NCBI GenBank assembly: GCA_964187785.1
Contig: OZ076409.1
Coordinates: forward strand, 88,042,001-88,106,000
DNA: 64,000 nucleotides
Direction: 5' to 3'
Origin: Amphiscolops sp. MND2022
Taxonomy: Eukaryota
Below the pieces are notes generated by a model. That model did not search any database. It was not told where the DNA came from and saw nothing but the letters and a program-made list of their open reading frames with translations. How positions within the stretch are numbered: position 1 is the stretch's first letter; every line of letters begins with the position of its first letter. Below are positions 1 to 11,932 of the stretch, piece by piece. The translations under genes and the position numbers were made by a program.

Positions 1-153
1 TTGATGAACGATGAAATTTAGATTAATAGACTGTCTCGTTTTAAGAAAGGCTTTCGCAATGAAGCAAGACAAATTCAAACTAGATACATTTAGTACCAGC
101 AACTGTTTACAAACATGTTATGTCATTTATTTCATTTCAAACGCTCTACCACA
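1..153 (-). repeat. 3' LTR of element 1 (partial)
   Basis: Minus strand begins TGTGGTAG at 153, straight after the PPT; matches 5044-5196. Confidence 0.93.
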
Positions 154-165
154 TTCCCCCTTTTT
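154..165 (-). promoter_or_regulatory. Polypurine tract of element 1
   Basis: Minus strand AAAAAGGGGGAA immediately before the LTR TG. Confidence 0.85.
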
Positions 166-296
166 GGGTACAACAAAATTAAAACAACTGTAGATAAATG
201 TAGTCATGTAACTGGAGATTAATGTATGTAAACTCAAATTTACAACAGGTTAAAAATTAATGTCGTTTACTGTTTCTCGCTTGCCTTGGTGGCTAG

Positions 297-3200
297 CTAA
301 TTTGTTGCTTCTTCTTCCGGCACTTCTTTCTCTCTCGATATCAAATCGATGCCATATCGTTTTGGGGGCACGTGTTTTCTCTCAGACGATCTTGTCGGCA
401 CTTTCTTTTCCATTTGCCACGAGGATGTGGCTTTTATCGGGATTGTCTCACTTTCCCCTTTTTCTGCTGTTTTAGCGACTTCTTGTTTAGGCGGGGGTAC
501 TTCATCTGTGGAGCCCTTAGAATCGGTGGTTGAACTAATGTCAATGATTGACGGCTGTTTTTCTGTTTCTAGGTCGAAGGCCAAATCCTGGGTAGGCAAC
601 TTTTCCCATTTTACGCTCAAACCCCGGGGCGAGGCTTTTTCTTGTTTTGCCTTCTTTCCCTTTCTTTTTGTCGTCCCTTCTGATTCACTCGAGCTTGATG
701 AATCCTCAATTATCGCTCGCTTGCCTGCCTTCTTAAACTTCTTTTTCTGCTCTTTTGAGGCTTGAACCACATCTCGTTTTGAGAAGATCTTTCCTTGTTT
801 CGCCCCCTCTGGCAGCACGGTGATAGTATGCTCAGATTCCACTATTCTGCCGGTCTTTTTGGCAAATACGGGTTCCAGTTTTGACCCCTTTGCTCTCTCC
901 CGTACCAAGATAGTCGAGTCACATTCGTCTTGGAAGTCGTTTTGTTGAAAATCCAATCTGTTATCTTGGGCTGAAAAATCCAAATACCTTTCTACTAAAT
1001 TCGATTTCACCGTATTTGGCGCTTTTCCCATCTGTTTTTCAAATGGCGACTTTCCGTCCTTTTTCTTGCTAATTCTCAACGAATACAAAATCTCGGACAA
1101 CCCCGTCTTATCCTTAGTTAAGACAATATTTTTATTTGCCCGGAGTCGTTCATTTATCGTCCTGATTAACCTCTCAATTTTTCCGTTGCCCCTGTGATCT
1201 CTGATTGGGCACATTACTTGCTCTATTCCAAATTGTTTGCAGAATTGCTTGAATTGCTCGCTTATAAACACTGTGCCTGGATCCGTTCGAATTTTCTTAG
1301 GCACCCCGTACTGTGCGCAATATTGTTTTAAAAATTCGATTACTTTTTTCGTAGTCGGGCGATGTAAAAATTTTGCGTCCGGCCATCCTGAGAAATGATC
1401 TATTGACACTAACAAGTATTTCTTGCCTTTTCTCGCGTTTTGAAAAGGTCCCGCAAAATCGAGGGCTACCTCCTCATTAGATTCCGTTACGTCCGGCAAT
1501 TTTCCTACTTGTTTTTGCGTTAGCATATTTTTTAAATTCTTACCTGACTGTAGACATTGCTCGCACAGTCTGGCCTGGTCAATGACCTCACGGTGAATGC
1601 GAGGCCACCAAATGTCCTCGATCATCGACAGCATAGCATCCCGGCCGGGGTGGCCATAATGGAGCGAACACATAATCATGGCCCTCATGGCCTGCGGGAT
1701 AACTAAGCGGTTGTCGGTGTAAAGAAAACCGCGTTCGTCGATCGAGAATGTTTGGAACTTTTCCCTCCAAGGGGACGGTAGCCGGGTAACTCCCGTTTTA
1801 TTGTATTTTTTAACTAATTGGATAACTCGCTGAATTAACTTGTCGGCGCAATAATTTGCCGGTAGCAGCTTTTCGTTTAATAGCTTAATTGATGGGCTTT
1901 GACTCATCTTACGTGTTTGTACGCTTTTACCACAATGACGCTTACTTGAATCCCGCGAATTTCGTTCGTTCTTCAATCTGATTGGTTGATTGCGGCCTAC
2001 TTGATTTATTCGATTGATGCTACTCTCTTCATTTTCCGCCGGCTTGCTTCGCTCGCTGCTCGCTTCACTGCAATCTAAAACATTATTTAAACTGATTACG
2101 CTATTTACAGTAAACCATTCATTCCACAGGGTTTCTGCTTTAACCGTGGATCCGTTCAATTCCGTGGGATGCCTTGACAGATAATCTGCCATTCCTAACG
2201 TTCTTCCTGCCACGTGTACTACCTGGAAATCAAATGGTAAAAGTCGATCCACCCAGCGTGTCAGTCTACTTGAAAATGTTTTATTTCCCCTATTCGGTTT
2301 TAAAACGGATGCTAACGCCTTGTGATCAGAAACAATTTTGAACTGTACACCATATACATAATTTCTAAAATGTTCCACCGCCCACACTATCGCTAAAAGT
2401 TCTAGCTCATTGATAGAATATTTGGCTTCAAAATCAGTTAAAAATCTAGACGCAAAGCAAATTGGTTTCCATTCTCCAGTTTCCTGGCTTTGTTGTAAAA
2501 CCGCACCTAGACCTTGTTTGCTAGCATCACAGATGATTCGTATTTCTTTGTTTCGTTTAAAATGTGACAATTCTACTACTCTTTTTATTTCATCATTAAT
2601 TTTTACAAACGCTTTTTCATGCTCCTCATTCCACGTCCACTCTGCATCTTTCTTTAAAATTGTTCTGAAGGGGAAACTAATACTAGCTAAATTCGGTATA
2701 AATTTATTAAATTGATTTACTGCTCCCAGGAACGAGCGCAATTGCTTCAAATTGTTCGGCCTCAGTCTTTCACTTATTCCCTGGGTTTTTGCATTGACTG
2801 GGGATATACCAGTTCTCGTCAACTTATACCCCAGCCACTCAATGCTATCTTGTGCAATTATGCACTTCTCTGCCTTCAACTGCAAATTCGCTTCGTCCAA
2901 AATTTTCATTACTTCCCTCACTTTATTCAAATGTTCTTGCTTAGTTCCTTTTGTTACAATAAGTACATCATCTATATATACAAATACACTATTTACATTT
3001 GCTAAAGTGAGGTCCATCAATTTCTGAAATTCCGTTGGCATTACAGTAAGGCCATAGAATCCTGTTGTAAATCTATAAGTACCTGTTGATTTCCCCCCTA
3101 CAATTTGAAAGTTACAATGTCTTTTTGTTAATTCTTGCAACGGAATCTGCCCATACGCGTACGTCATGTCAACTGACGAGTACCATGCCTCCCCAGATTT

Positions 3201-4994
3201 TTCATCTAATTTCTCTGCAATCATGTCAATTAAATTATCTAAATTAGGCATTTGGTATTTATCTTTTGCAATCGATTGGTTTAGCGCTCTCGCGTCTAGG
3301 GCAATTTTCACAGACTTGTCCTTTTTCACAGTTATTACCGTCGGCTGAATAAATACATCGTCTTGGATTTTGTCAACTTTCTCAATATGCCCCTCCTTTA
3401 ACAACTTTTCAATTTCATCATCCACTTGATTTTGTAACTGGATGGGAATACGGCGTCCCTTTTGCTGCGAAATTCTCACGTCATCTTTCATTTTAATTTT
3501 AATTTCGTAGTTCTTCACCCGTCCTTTACGCTTGAACAAATTTGGAAATTCCCCCACTAATTGCTGGACCTCGGGGTTTAAGCTTTTCTCAGGACTTATC
3601 TCATTAATTGATTCTTCACACTTTACACTTTGTTTATTTATTTTATACTCACCTCTTTCTATCGGCTGCTTGATTTTGTAGCGGAGAGCAACTAGCCAAT
3701 CACGGCCCACTATGGACTTTCCTGAATTAGGAGCCACTAGAACTCTTGCTTTTGACACAGTAACTCCTGCAACTTCGAGTCGTACAAATTGGTATCCAAG
3801 CAAGTTTAAGGGCTTTTTGTTGTAATCGACGTATTTTTCTCCCGCAATCATGTCTCTAATTACCACTTTTCTTGGCCCCACAATTTTTTGTAAATCGCTT
3901 TTTGTAAAAATAGATACTGGCGATCCCGTATCAATAATCGCTTTAAAATAATTGCCGCACATTGTTCCTTCCATATAAAATGGTTTGCAGCCATCACCGT
4001 CCACCCGTAGAACAAGTTGCTCTTCGTCTTCGTCGTCTTCAGATTCTTCATCTGACTCTTCTATGTAATTTACTCTTCGCATTCCCTTTTTGTTGTCTTG
4101 GCTCTTCAGTCGTTGCAACATTTCTTTCTGCCGATGAGGGAACTTTTTGTTGCAACACTTCTCCAGATGTCCAATCAGCTGACAAAACTTGCAACGGTGG
4201 TTGGTGGCCATGCAGAAGTTTACGTGATCCATGGTGAAGTTACCTGCCCCGCATCTATAGCATTCCCTGGGGTTAGTCTTCTCCACTGCGTAAACCGGTT
4301 CACTTTTAATCACTGGTTTTGAGGATTCAGGCGCTTGTGTACCATAGGCTTTTTGCCGTTGTATTCCTTCCTCGTAGGCAAGGGCGAATTCTAATGCCTG
4401 CTCCGGCTCTTTTGGTTCGGTACACAATTTTTCTTGTACCTTTTTATTATTCATATGGAGGATGAACATATCTAAGACAAGGGTTGGGGTTATTTCCCCG
4501 AAGTCGCACAATGCTGCAAGCCCGTTTAGGGCATGCCAAAATTGGGATAGGGATTCTCCTTGTTGTTGATGACGTGAAAAGAAACGATGTCTATCGAGGG
4601 TTCTGTTTCTCTTTTTCCGAAAACATTCGATACAGAGGTTTATCAGTTCTTGGGCTTTTAAGTCCCACAGTGCTGTATGTGGATATTTATCCATGAACTG
4701 CTTCCTTGCAGGTTCGCCTAATGAAAGATAAAGGATACTAATCACTTTTTTGTTTGCAGGATCCTCGTCGAGATCCCCGAGAAGAGCGCGAACCCTGGGA
4801 TGTTCCTGATCTGCATTTCTGGTCAGTTCCGTGATGGATATGGAATATTTGGCCATTATCGCTACTTGAAACAGATCGAACCACTTGTCCCAATCCATCG
4901 ATGGGTTTGCTGCAGCGTCGCTCCAAAATACTGGTAATCCGACGAGGTGGGAAGATGATGAAGGATGTGCTGAATTTTCAGCTCGCAGCGCCAT
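297..4994 (-). CDS. Gag-Pol polyprotein, 1565 aa (two Zn knuckles, PR, RT, RNase H, integrase)
   Basis: Open ORF. Knuckles CYRC..H..C and CKFC..GH...C; protease IDTGS; RT YIDD; RNase H CDAS; integrase HYGH..CEQC and the DDE core (LDF, RTD, IER). PR-RT-RH-IN order is Gypsy. First ATG at 4994 (the track starts at an upstream TTG). Confidence 0.95.
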   Translation of the reverse strand: MALRAENSAHPSSSSHLVGLPVFWSDAAANPSMDWDKWFDLFQVAIMAKYSISITELTRNADQEHPRVRALLGDLDEDPANKKVISILYLSLGEPARKQFMDKYPHTALWDLKAQELINLCIECFRKKRNRTLDRHRFFSRHQQQGESLSQFWHALNGLAALCDFGEITPTLVLDMFILHMNNKKVQEKLCTEPKEPEQALEFALAYEEGIQRQKAYGTQAPESSKPVIKSEPVYAVEKTNPRECYRCGAGNFTMDHVNFCMATNHRCKFCQLIGHLEKCCNKKFPHRQKEMLQRLKSQDNKKGMRRVNYIEESDEESEDDEDEEQLVLRVDGDGCKPFYMEGTMCGNYFKAIIDTGSPVSIFTKSDLQKIVGPRKVVIRDMIAGEKYVDYNKKPLNLLGYQFVRLEVAGVTVSKARVLVAPNSGKSIVGRDWLVALRYKIKQPIERGEYKINKQSVKCEESINEISPEKSLNPEVQQLVGEFPNLFKRKGRVKNYEIKIKMKDDVRISQQKGRRIPIQLQNQVDDEIEKLLKEGHIEKVDKIQDDVFIQPTVITVKKDKSVKIALDARALNQSIAKDKYQMPNLDNLIDMIAEKLDEKSGEAWYSSVDMTYAYGQIPLQELTKRHCNFQIVGGKSTGTYRFTTGFYGLTVMPTEFQKLMDLTLANVNSVFVYIDDVLIVTKGTKQEHLNKVREVMKILDEANLQLKAEKCIIAQDSIEWLGYKLTRTGISPVNAKTQGISERLRPNNLKQLRSFLGAVNQFNKFIPNLASISFPFRTILKKDAEWTWNEEHEKAFVKINDEIKRVVELSHFKRNKEIRIICDASKQGLGAVLQQSQETGEWKPICFASRFLTDFEAKYSINELELLAIVWAVEHFRNYVYGVQFKIVSDHKALASVLKPNRGNKTFSSRLTRWVDRLLPFDFQVVHVAGRTLGMADYLSRHPTELNGSTVKAETLWNEWFTVNSVISLNNVLDCSEASSERSKPAENEESSINRINQVGRNQPIRLKNERNSRDSSKRHCGKSVQTRKMSQSPSIKLLNEKLLPANYCADKLIQRVIQLVKKYNKTGVTRLPSPWREKFQTFSIDERGFLYTDNRLVIPQAMRAMIMCSLHYGHPGRDAMLSMIEDIWWPRIHREVIDQARLCEQCLQSGKNLKNMLTQKQVGKLPDVTESNEEVALDFAGPFQNARKGKKYLLVSIDHFSGWPDAKFLHRPTTKKVIEFLKQYCAQYGVPKKIRTDPGTVFISEQFKQFCKQFGIEQVMCPIRDHRGNGKIERLIRTINERLRANKNIVLTKDKTGLSEILYSLRISKKKDGKSPFEKQMGKAPNTVKSNLVERYLDFSAQDNRLDFQQNDFQDECDSTILVRERAKGSKLEPVFAKKTGRIVESEHTITVLPEGAKQGKIFSKRDVVQASKEQKKKFKKAGKRAIIEDSSSSSESEGTTKRKGKKAKQEKASPRGLSVKWEKLPTQDLAFDLETEKQPSIIDISSTTDSKGSTDEVPPPKQEVAKTAEKGESETIPIKATSSWQMEKKVPTRSSERKHVPPKRYGIDLISREKEVPEEEATN
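4981..4993 (-). promoter_or_regulatory. Primer binding site, tRNA-Ser-like
   Basis: Minus strand TGGCGCTGCGAGC directly after the LTR end ...GTCAACA; complementary to a tRNA-Ser-type 3' end (...GCTCGCAGCGCCA). Confidence 0.8.
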
Positions 4995-5196
4995 GTTGAC
5001 GTGGAACTCAATAAGTAAAAACAACTGAGGGAATTGTAGTGAATTGATGAACGATGAAATTTAGATTAATAGACTGTCTCGTTTTAAGAAAGGCTTTCGC
5101 AATGAAGCAAGACAAATTCAAACTAGATACATTTAGTACCAGCAACTGTTTACAAACATGTTATGTCATTTATTTCATTTCAAACGCTCTACCACA
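4994..5196 (-). repeat. 5' LTR of element 1 (203 bp)
   Basis: TG...CA termini on the minus strand, bounded by the PBS; identity with 1-153. Confidence 0.9.
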
Positions 5197-6961
5197 AATT
5201 AACAGAAGAAATTCATAAAAAGAATGAGAGTGGAATGAATTGCAAATAAATCTGTGATCCCTAGAAGCAGAGATTTTGCAGTTGCACAGAATGAAAGTAA
5301 TAAAATACGACAGCGTTGCAACAATTGAAGAAGTACTTTTGGACCAGTAACGCTTTCTAAGCACGCATTCATTTTTTGAGAAGTTTTCAAATGAAGGGGA
5401 TGTATATTGGGAGAAATCTGGGATAAACGTATCTTGTTATTGTGCAAAATTTCAGCCCAATTAAATGTCAACCAACAATTGAAATCCCGTAGCGTTCAAT
5501 TCAAAGTGACGATTCAGTGAGTTTCTATCAAAAACATGCATATGCATGGAAATTGCATGCAACCTTCATGGCAATTATAATATAGATTTCCTGTATATAC
5601 TTGTCAAACAAATGGAAGTTAAAATTGATCTTTATTGCAGTTTTCTTCGGCTTATCATTCCAAACAGCGACGACCAGTTATTAGCGTCAAAGTTGTACTA
5701 ATGGGCTCGTTTCTATGGGAACGTGGAATTTCGAAGCATTAAAAAAGCCCATTAATTCTTAAAAAGCAACCTTTGAGCTTTTTAGTCGACAGAACACACT
5801 GATTTTTTCTACAATTTCACTGTGAAATTAACCATGAACATTTAGCTCGGCTGTTATAAGTTTTTGTTGAGGCAATTTCTACGCGAAGAGGGCAGTAGAC
5901 GCCGATTTTACACGAAAAAAATATGAAAGAATTATTGGAACTAAGAGAATGAAAATTTCTCGAATTTTGACACACGCAGCCTCTTCTTTGTTAGTTTTTG
6001 TTTAATCTCCCTCAAAGCAAAAACACGAGTTTAGAAATCCGAAAATAACAAGAATAATAAATTCACAGTTAATAATAAATTTGACAGCTTTCAAGCTTTT
6101 CAACCATCACTGCGCAGAAAAAATCAATTGGAAGGTTGTTGAATTTTCTGAAATAATAAATAACCAAAAATATTCTAAGCGCAAAGAAAAAATTAGTTGA
6201 TGAAAAAAATGATTCAAGAACAACGTACTTAGCTGTCAAGTGATAAAAAAAGACGCACAGTGAAACAATTTTGATTAGGAATTTCCAAATTTTATGGGAT
6301 GAAAGTCTATTAAGTTGGAATTGAAGTGTTATTGAAACAACTGCCAGTATGACATTTGAAGAAAATTGGATAACAAAAGTAGATGTCACTGGAACACTGT
6401 ATCCTTAGATATCAAACAAGATGTCTTCAATTACAAGCATGCGTTATCCGGAGTGACGTAGTATACAATTCAAAAGTGCCAAAGCAAGCATTGAATACAT
6501 TTTGCGGCGCAAATTGTTTTTTCTTCCCGCTGATCAATTTGAACGGCCTCGATGTATGAAAGCATATATTACGCTGACAAAAATGGTCTGGTTTTTATTT
6601 ATCTTGGTTGCACTTATTCAATTTATTGATTGTTTCATGTATTGATGTCCACAACGTTTGAACAAAAATAAAAAATGTTGCCTAGATTTTGAATAGTAAT
6701 CCTCAATAAGCCATTAAAAACTGTCGAGGGATTCATAGGAAGAATTGCAGAAATCGATTGGACACGCCTTCATTTTGTGGAGCGTTTTCGAGGTCAGCGC
6801 TTATCCTAGTTGAGACTGCTGGAACTTTCCACATCGTGCAGCCCTGCATGCAGAAAAGTTTACTGTAAAACCAAAGAAAACTCAGTGAGCTTTGTAGAAT
6901 TACACTGCAGTTTCTTGACTCCTAAAGTGGGCAATTTTTTCCCCGTACAATTTATGTAAAC

Positions 6962-7079
6962 AACAAGACGCCCTCTAAGCGCCGGAATTATTTCCGCTAA
7001 AAATGTAACGCATCAGCCCGGGTTCGAACCCACGACCTCGTGTCTGCCAGGCAGATGCACTACCAACTGCGCCATGGTG
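6962..7079 (-). mobile_element. tRNA-derived SINE-like repeat
   Basis: Minus strand A box TGGCGCAGTTGG and B box GGTTCGAACCC, then a tail ending CGTCTTGTT; a second diverged copy at 40112-40227. Confidence 0.7.
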
Positions 7080-10042
7080 ACTAGATATTACTAAATGGAG
7101 TAATAAATTGGAGATTTGGCAGAGTTTGTGAAAAAAAATGCAACACAGATTATGATTTTCATACCCCATTATAGGTGGCCGGAATATAACAAAGCTAGAT
7201 GAGAAAATTTCGGTTTTCCACGAAAAATATGCAAGTAAAGTCCAACATATATGAACCCTTACTTTGGTCATACTTTTCAAATTATACGAATTCTAGATCC
7301 GGTTCAGTCACTCCCTAATTTTATTTCAAAAATTACTCCCTAAACTAACAAACAAATATCAGCAAAAGCAGCGTTTCAAGACAATCATTAAAAAACTTTA
7401 TAATTTCAACCTTTTAATAAACATCAGCAAGAAATCCACCAAAAAATTCAGTTCAAACAATTTTTTCTTCAACGTCTTCAATTTTTAAGGTTCATGGTTA
7501 CAATATGCACTTACCAAACAGGTGATGGGTTCGAATCCGACCGAAGACTTATTTTATTTTTTTTATCTGCAAATCTTGACATGATCAAAAGGTTTTCTCC
7601 TACACTGTGCAACTTTTTCCGAAAAATTTTTTTCCAACAAAAGGTCACTTCTCGGTTTCCTCTTCCAACGTTTTCTTAAAAAACTTTTTCGGTGTTTTCA
7701 TTCAGAGAAAAGTTTTTTTGCATCTTTGGAATTTATGAGAATTTGTTGAAGTTTTCTCAAGCCTCTTTGGAGCATATTTATGAGGCTTTGCGCTTGTTGA
7801 GCCTAAAGCGGCGCGTCGACTTCAGATGTCCCCGTCGTATCTTGTGTTAGTTATTTTTTAGTCAATCCATTGTAGCTGGAATAAATTCCAATTTTCTAGA
7901 ATGTGTTTTGTAAAACTAAATAAAGTTGGAGACTTTCATCTGGAAAAAAACATTCATCTGGAAAAAATGAAAATTAATTCAATTCAGGAGAATCTTTTCT
8001 AATCTCCAATCTCTAAATTTCTGCCCTTCGCTATAGAGTTTCGGCTCTTCGCTATTAATGTTCTTGTACCCGGATAGGAAAAAACTACAATGCTACTACG
8101 GTTCTGCATTTATATTCATTCGTCACTTTTGGCGAAACAAATTTCAGAATTGAACTCGGAAGGAAGTTTTAAATAGCGGTAGAATGAATTTCTCCACGGT
8201 AAATGAAAGCGAATTGGTACTTAAAATGATTTTTTCCGTTATTTTATCCTTACTGTGCCACTTTGGATAGCAGCTATATCAAAACTTTAGAACATTTTCT
8301 TCTAAAAACATTTTTGGATCCGTTGTACAAAAAAAATGATCGAGTGGTACTCTGTTCATGTTCTTCTGAATTTCAACTTGGAACGCTCAGAAACCTTCGT
8401 GATTTTCCGACGAAACTGCAGAGCAAACTGAAGGGATTTGGTTTCACCCAATGCCCCAAAAAAAACATGCTAGTTATAGTGTCATATAAAAGCCAGTCAT
8501 CGAATGGTCATTCATTTGTATTGTAGACATACGGATCCTCAACTGGACATACAAATTTATGGTTGAAAGTTGACCATAGTCTGGCCTATACGAGGTTCAG
8601 TCTGTGACAGCAAGCGCCGCGGGCTTGACGCTGTGAACAAAAAAGAAGTCCTAAGGGATAGGGTCTGTGCACCCGGGACAGACCTGGTCTGTCAAAAAAC
8701 TAATTTTGTCTTCAAAGAATGCCCCGAGGTGGGATTCTGTCTTTCATATATGGAATTCAGCCCAGCTTGGCACTCCTAAAAGTGACGGGCATTTCGACTG
8801 ACCGTGGAGAAGAACGTGTAGTTTTTTAAAAAGCAGGGAAGTATAATGTACATAGTAGCCAAAATTGTCACCTTTCAGGGTTGTTGATGTTTACAAAAAA
8901 GTAGCTCCAGATCTATTCATACAACTCCTAGCACCGTGGACAAAAGTTAGGCAAATTGACGCATTGCGCAATAATCACTAGATATAACAGAGAAAAACCG
9001 TCAAATTTGCAAATTTTAGCAAATAAATCACTGAAAGTTAACTAAATCTAAATCAAAATCGCTCCGCTTCGAGCGGTTTTCATCTACTTTTTCAGCTTTC
9101 TATTTTATCGTCGGCGTTCCTTCTCTTTTTATATGCATAAAAATTGCTTAAAATGCTATACTGGCAAAAAAGGCGACTTTTTCGCCAGTATAGCATTTCT
9201 AGAAAATTCCAGGATTTACGCCATTGGTCACTTGGAATTTTTCATTTTCATTTTTCGATCTCATGTGAACAGAGGGTTCGCTACAATCCATAGTCGGTCT
9301 GTTAAAAATGGAATGGCATATTAGAATAACGTAGTCAATTATTACGCACAAATATTGTTCCATGGTCTACAAAAACCCAATGAAAAATCGTTGTCTATGG
9401 CTTAATTTCTTTGTGCCAATTTTCAACGCGTAACTGAAAACATTATTGCAATCTAAACATTTTTAAAACCTTTTCTGCTGATTTGTTTAAAAATGGCTCT
9501 CGAAGTCTCATTAAGAAGTGAAGACTTCTGTGATAGAGGGGTTAATGCTTGAGGAAAGGTTCGATTTTTTCAAATAAAAGTTATATAAAATATTGACTGA
9601 GAGTGCATTTCATGTAAGCACTTAAGGTCGAATGTGGCCCAATGTTCAGTTTTATCTTGTTTTATCTTGAGAAGCTGAAATTTCGTTCTATTAAAATATT
9701 TTGCATAAAATGCATGTAAGCGCAACCCGAAGTTTTTATATGTTCCCGGTATGATTCCTAGATTGATCTTATAAGGTGCTATACCATAAGCAAGGTATGA
9801 TCAGTTTGGTCAGAAAATTTGGGTGATAGGTAAATAGAAAGGAAACTTTTCTTGCTGATTGTGGATCATATTATCGAAATTAATGAATTGTTATTCAAAG
9901 TCTTTCTCTATCCAAATGGCGAAAACCATTTCTTTATGACATAGAGTCATGCTAAGGCTTTTAACACCGACTGAAATTGAGGTTTTTAACACCGCGGTCA
10001 TGAAATATATAATACATCGACTGTCAAGAAATCTCGCCAAAC

Positions 10043-10272
10043 CTCTTTGACAAGTAGATCAACCAGGAGATGCAAGTCATTCACATCGAATCCGACCTGC
10101 TCGAGTGTCAATTGGTCATCTTGCAATTTCTGTTCTTCGTAAACTGATTTCTGGATCAAAATTTCGTCCTCTATCACTGAAGAGTCGCTAGTTTGTCCTT
10201 CCGAAGGTCCATTCACAATATTCTCCGAGATTGATGAATTGTAGACACTCATTGCATCTCCCAGACCCAAAG
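10043..10272 (-). CDS. Formin (INF2-like) FH3-domain exon
   Basis: cag/GT boundaries, phase 1 in, phase 0 out. EILIQKSVYEEQKLQDD...FDVNDLHLLVDLLVKE resembles the INF2/Diaphanous FH3 'LLIQLEAFEE..ED' segment. Confidence 0.75.
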
Positions 10273-10341
10273 CTGCACGTAAAAAGAAACAGAAATTTCA
10301 TCGGGTATGAGCTATTTATCCCAACATTGATGAAAATTTAC

Positions 10342-10379
10342 TTCTCGGAAGTTTCGTCAAAAAGGTTCAACTTGGCGCC
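10342..10379 (-). CDS. Probable formin micro-exon carrying a 1-nt deletion
   Basis: AG/GT-bounded 38 nt between two phase-1 junctions. One extra T in the T5 run gives RRQVEPFLTKLPR, which fits the expected FH3 helix. Confidence 0.45.
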
Positions 10380-10638
10380 CTTGATAAACATTAAAATTAA
10401 TATTTAACTCAAAAATTATCACTTGGAATTGAGAAATCGTTTGATCCTTTACGCTGTGTCATTTTTTCCGTCACGGATGAAATTTTAGATTGACATCAAA
10501 ACTCATTATTAGTACATTTCTGAACTGACCAATACTTGTAAAAAATTTAAAAACCCAATTTTAGCAATTCAATCTCAAACTCCTTAGGCAGCACAAATAC
10601 GTTGAAATTATAGATAAATGAATGAAATGAGATTTTAC

Positions 10639-10801
10639 TTTTCAACTCGTTTCTTATTTGTATTCGATCCCAGAGACTATCAGTTGAAATGAGAAGGCAG
10701 TTGATGTAAGTAAGAGCGGCACTCCTCAAAATGCAGGGCGCAGATTGTTTGTTCAAGTCTCTGATAATGAAACTGAGTTTGCTCTCTTCTTTCTGGCGAA
10801 T
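10639..10801 (-). CDS. Formin (INF2-like) FH3/DID exon
   Basis: tttcag/GTAAAA boundaries. AALTYINCLLISTDSLWDRIQIRNELK matches the formin FH3 motif (IN.l...dl..R..lRnE). Confidence 0.85.
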
Positions 10802-11932
10802 CTGAAAGGCATCAAACATTTATTAACCAGGCGCAAAAAATTGCAGCAAAAAAATTGTGAATATACCTCTCGAGATTTGAAAGATCATCATTGCGGTTAG
10901 AAAATATCGTCTTTAAAATTTTGATCCGACGTTGTATAGAAAAGTAGTTTGTTTAGAAATCCGATACCCCCTTTTATACGTTGTGCAACCAAAAAAGTAG
11001 CCCCGGCGTAGCTCCTCCCATATCGACAAAGATCAGTACAATCATTGGATGTCTAATAAAAGTAAAAAAAATTCGTAAGTGCAATAAAACATTCAATACT
11101 TCAATTTCCAGATTTACTATAGACGATTTGTTTTTGATAAGAATAGCACATCGACACAAGTGGTATCTTGAACATACTCTTATTAAAGAGCAGAACTCTT
11201 TTTTAACAATGATGAATCTCAACAAAGTATTGTAAACATCATTGAACAAAATTAAACATGAAAAGTAGCAGTATAAAAAGAACACAAACAAAAGCACTTA
11301 GACCTTAGACACTTAGAGAATGTTGCTTGTGAATCTTATACCTGTCACTGGTATTTGATGACCTTTTTGGAACACACACGGAGAAGTTTTCAACATTTGT
11401 TCAACTCGGAAAGACATAGTATTAAAGAAGAACACCCATTCGTTTGATGAAAACAGTTTTTTGTGCAGAGCCGCAGCCGTTCACGATGCCAACCAAGCTT
11501 TCATGTTAAATACCCAGTGTTCGAAGCCATTGAACGCTTGCCATGATCATGGTTAATCTTGCTAAATCATGTTTAACCATGGTACCCTTGTCAGGATCAT
11601 GGCAAGATCATGGTAAAATAATCATGGTAAGACATGTAAGATGCTTTTAATTGTATTTATTCTTTTCAAAAAAAATTCTTATCGTCTCCAATTTCCATAT
11701 TGTCTGTTGTGATATCTTTGTACTGAAAAGTATCCAAAACTTCTCAATAATTTGCACCTTTTGACCAAGTTTTGGTTTTTGAGAGTACGGCATTGTTACA
11801 ACTATAATATTTTATCATGCAAGACAAACTCTCCAAATCAAATTATTGCAACTTGCGGGTTTGGGATATCGGTGTGAAAACCACGTTTTCTAGCCATGAT
11901 TAGTTAATCTTTCTATTACCTCACCAATTACG

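Larger units (their letters stand above)
1..5196 (-). mobile_element. Ty3/Gypsy LTR retrotransposon (Mag-like), apparently intact; 3' LTR cut by window start
   Basis: Direct repeat 1-153 = 5044-5196 (identical by eye). PBS next to the right LTR, polypurine tract next to the left LTR, and a single gag-pol ORF between them. Confidence 0.95.

Noticed and set aside
349..4696. Many plus-strand ORFs opposite gag-pol (also 21020-32045 and 59613-63707)
   Set aside because: Antisense shadows of long coding frames.
5199..5471. Candidate next formin exon (KVLLQLLQR)
   Set aside because: The splice phases do not fit, and a better-matching phase-0 exon exists at 55966.
6962..7079. Functional tRNA gene (also 40112-40227 and 39440-39660)
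   Set aside because: The acceptor stem pairs poorly, the copies are diverged and they share non-tRNA tails.
11342..11490. Possible upstream formin exon (…SPCVFQKGHQ…)
   Set aside because: Only faint resemblance to 'LC.ys..GH', and no clean frame or acceptor could be established.
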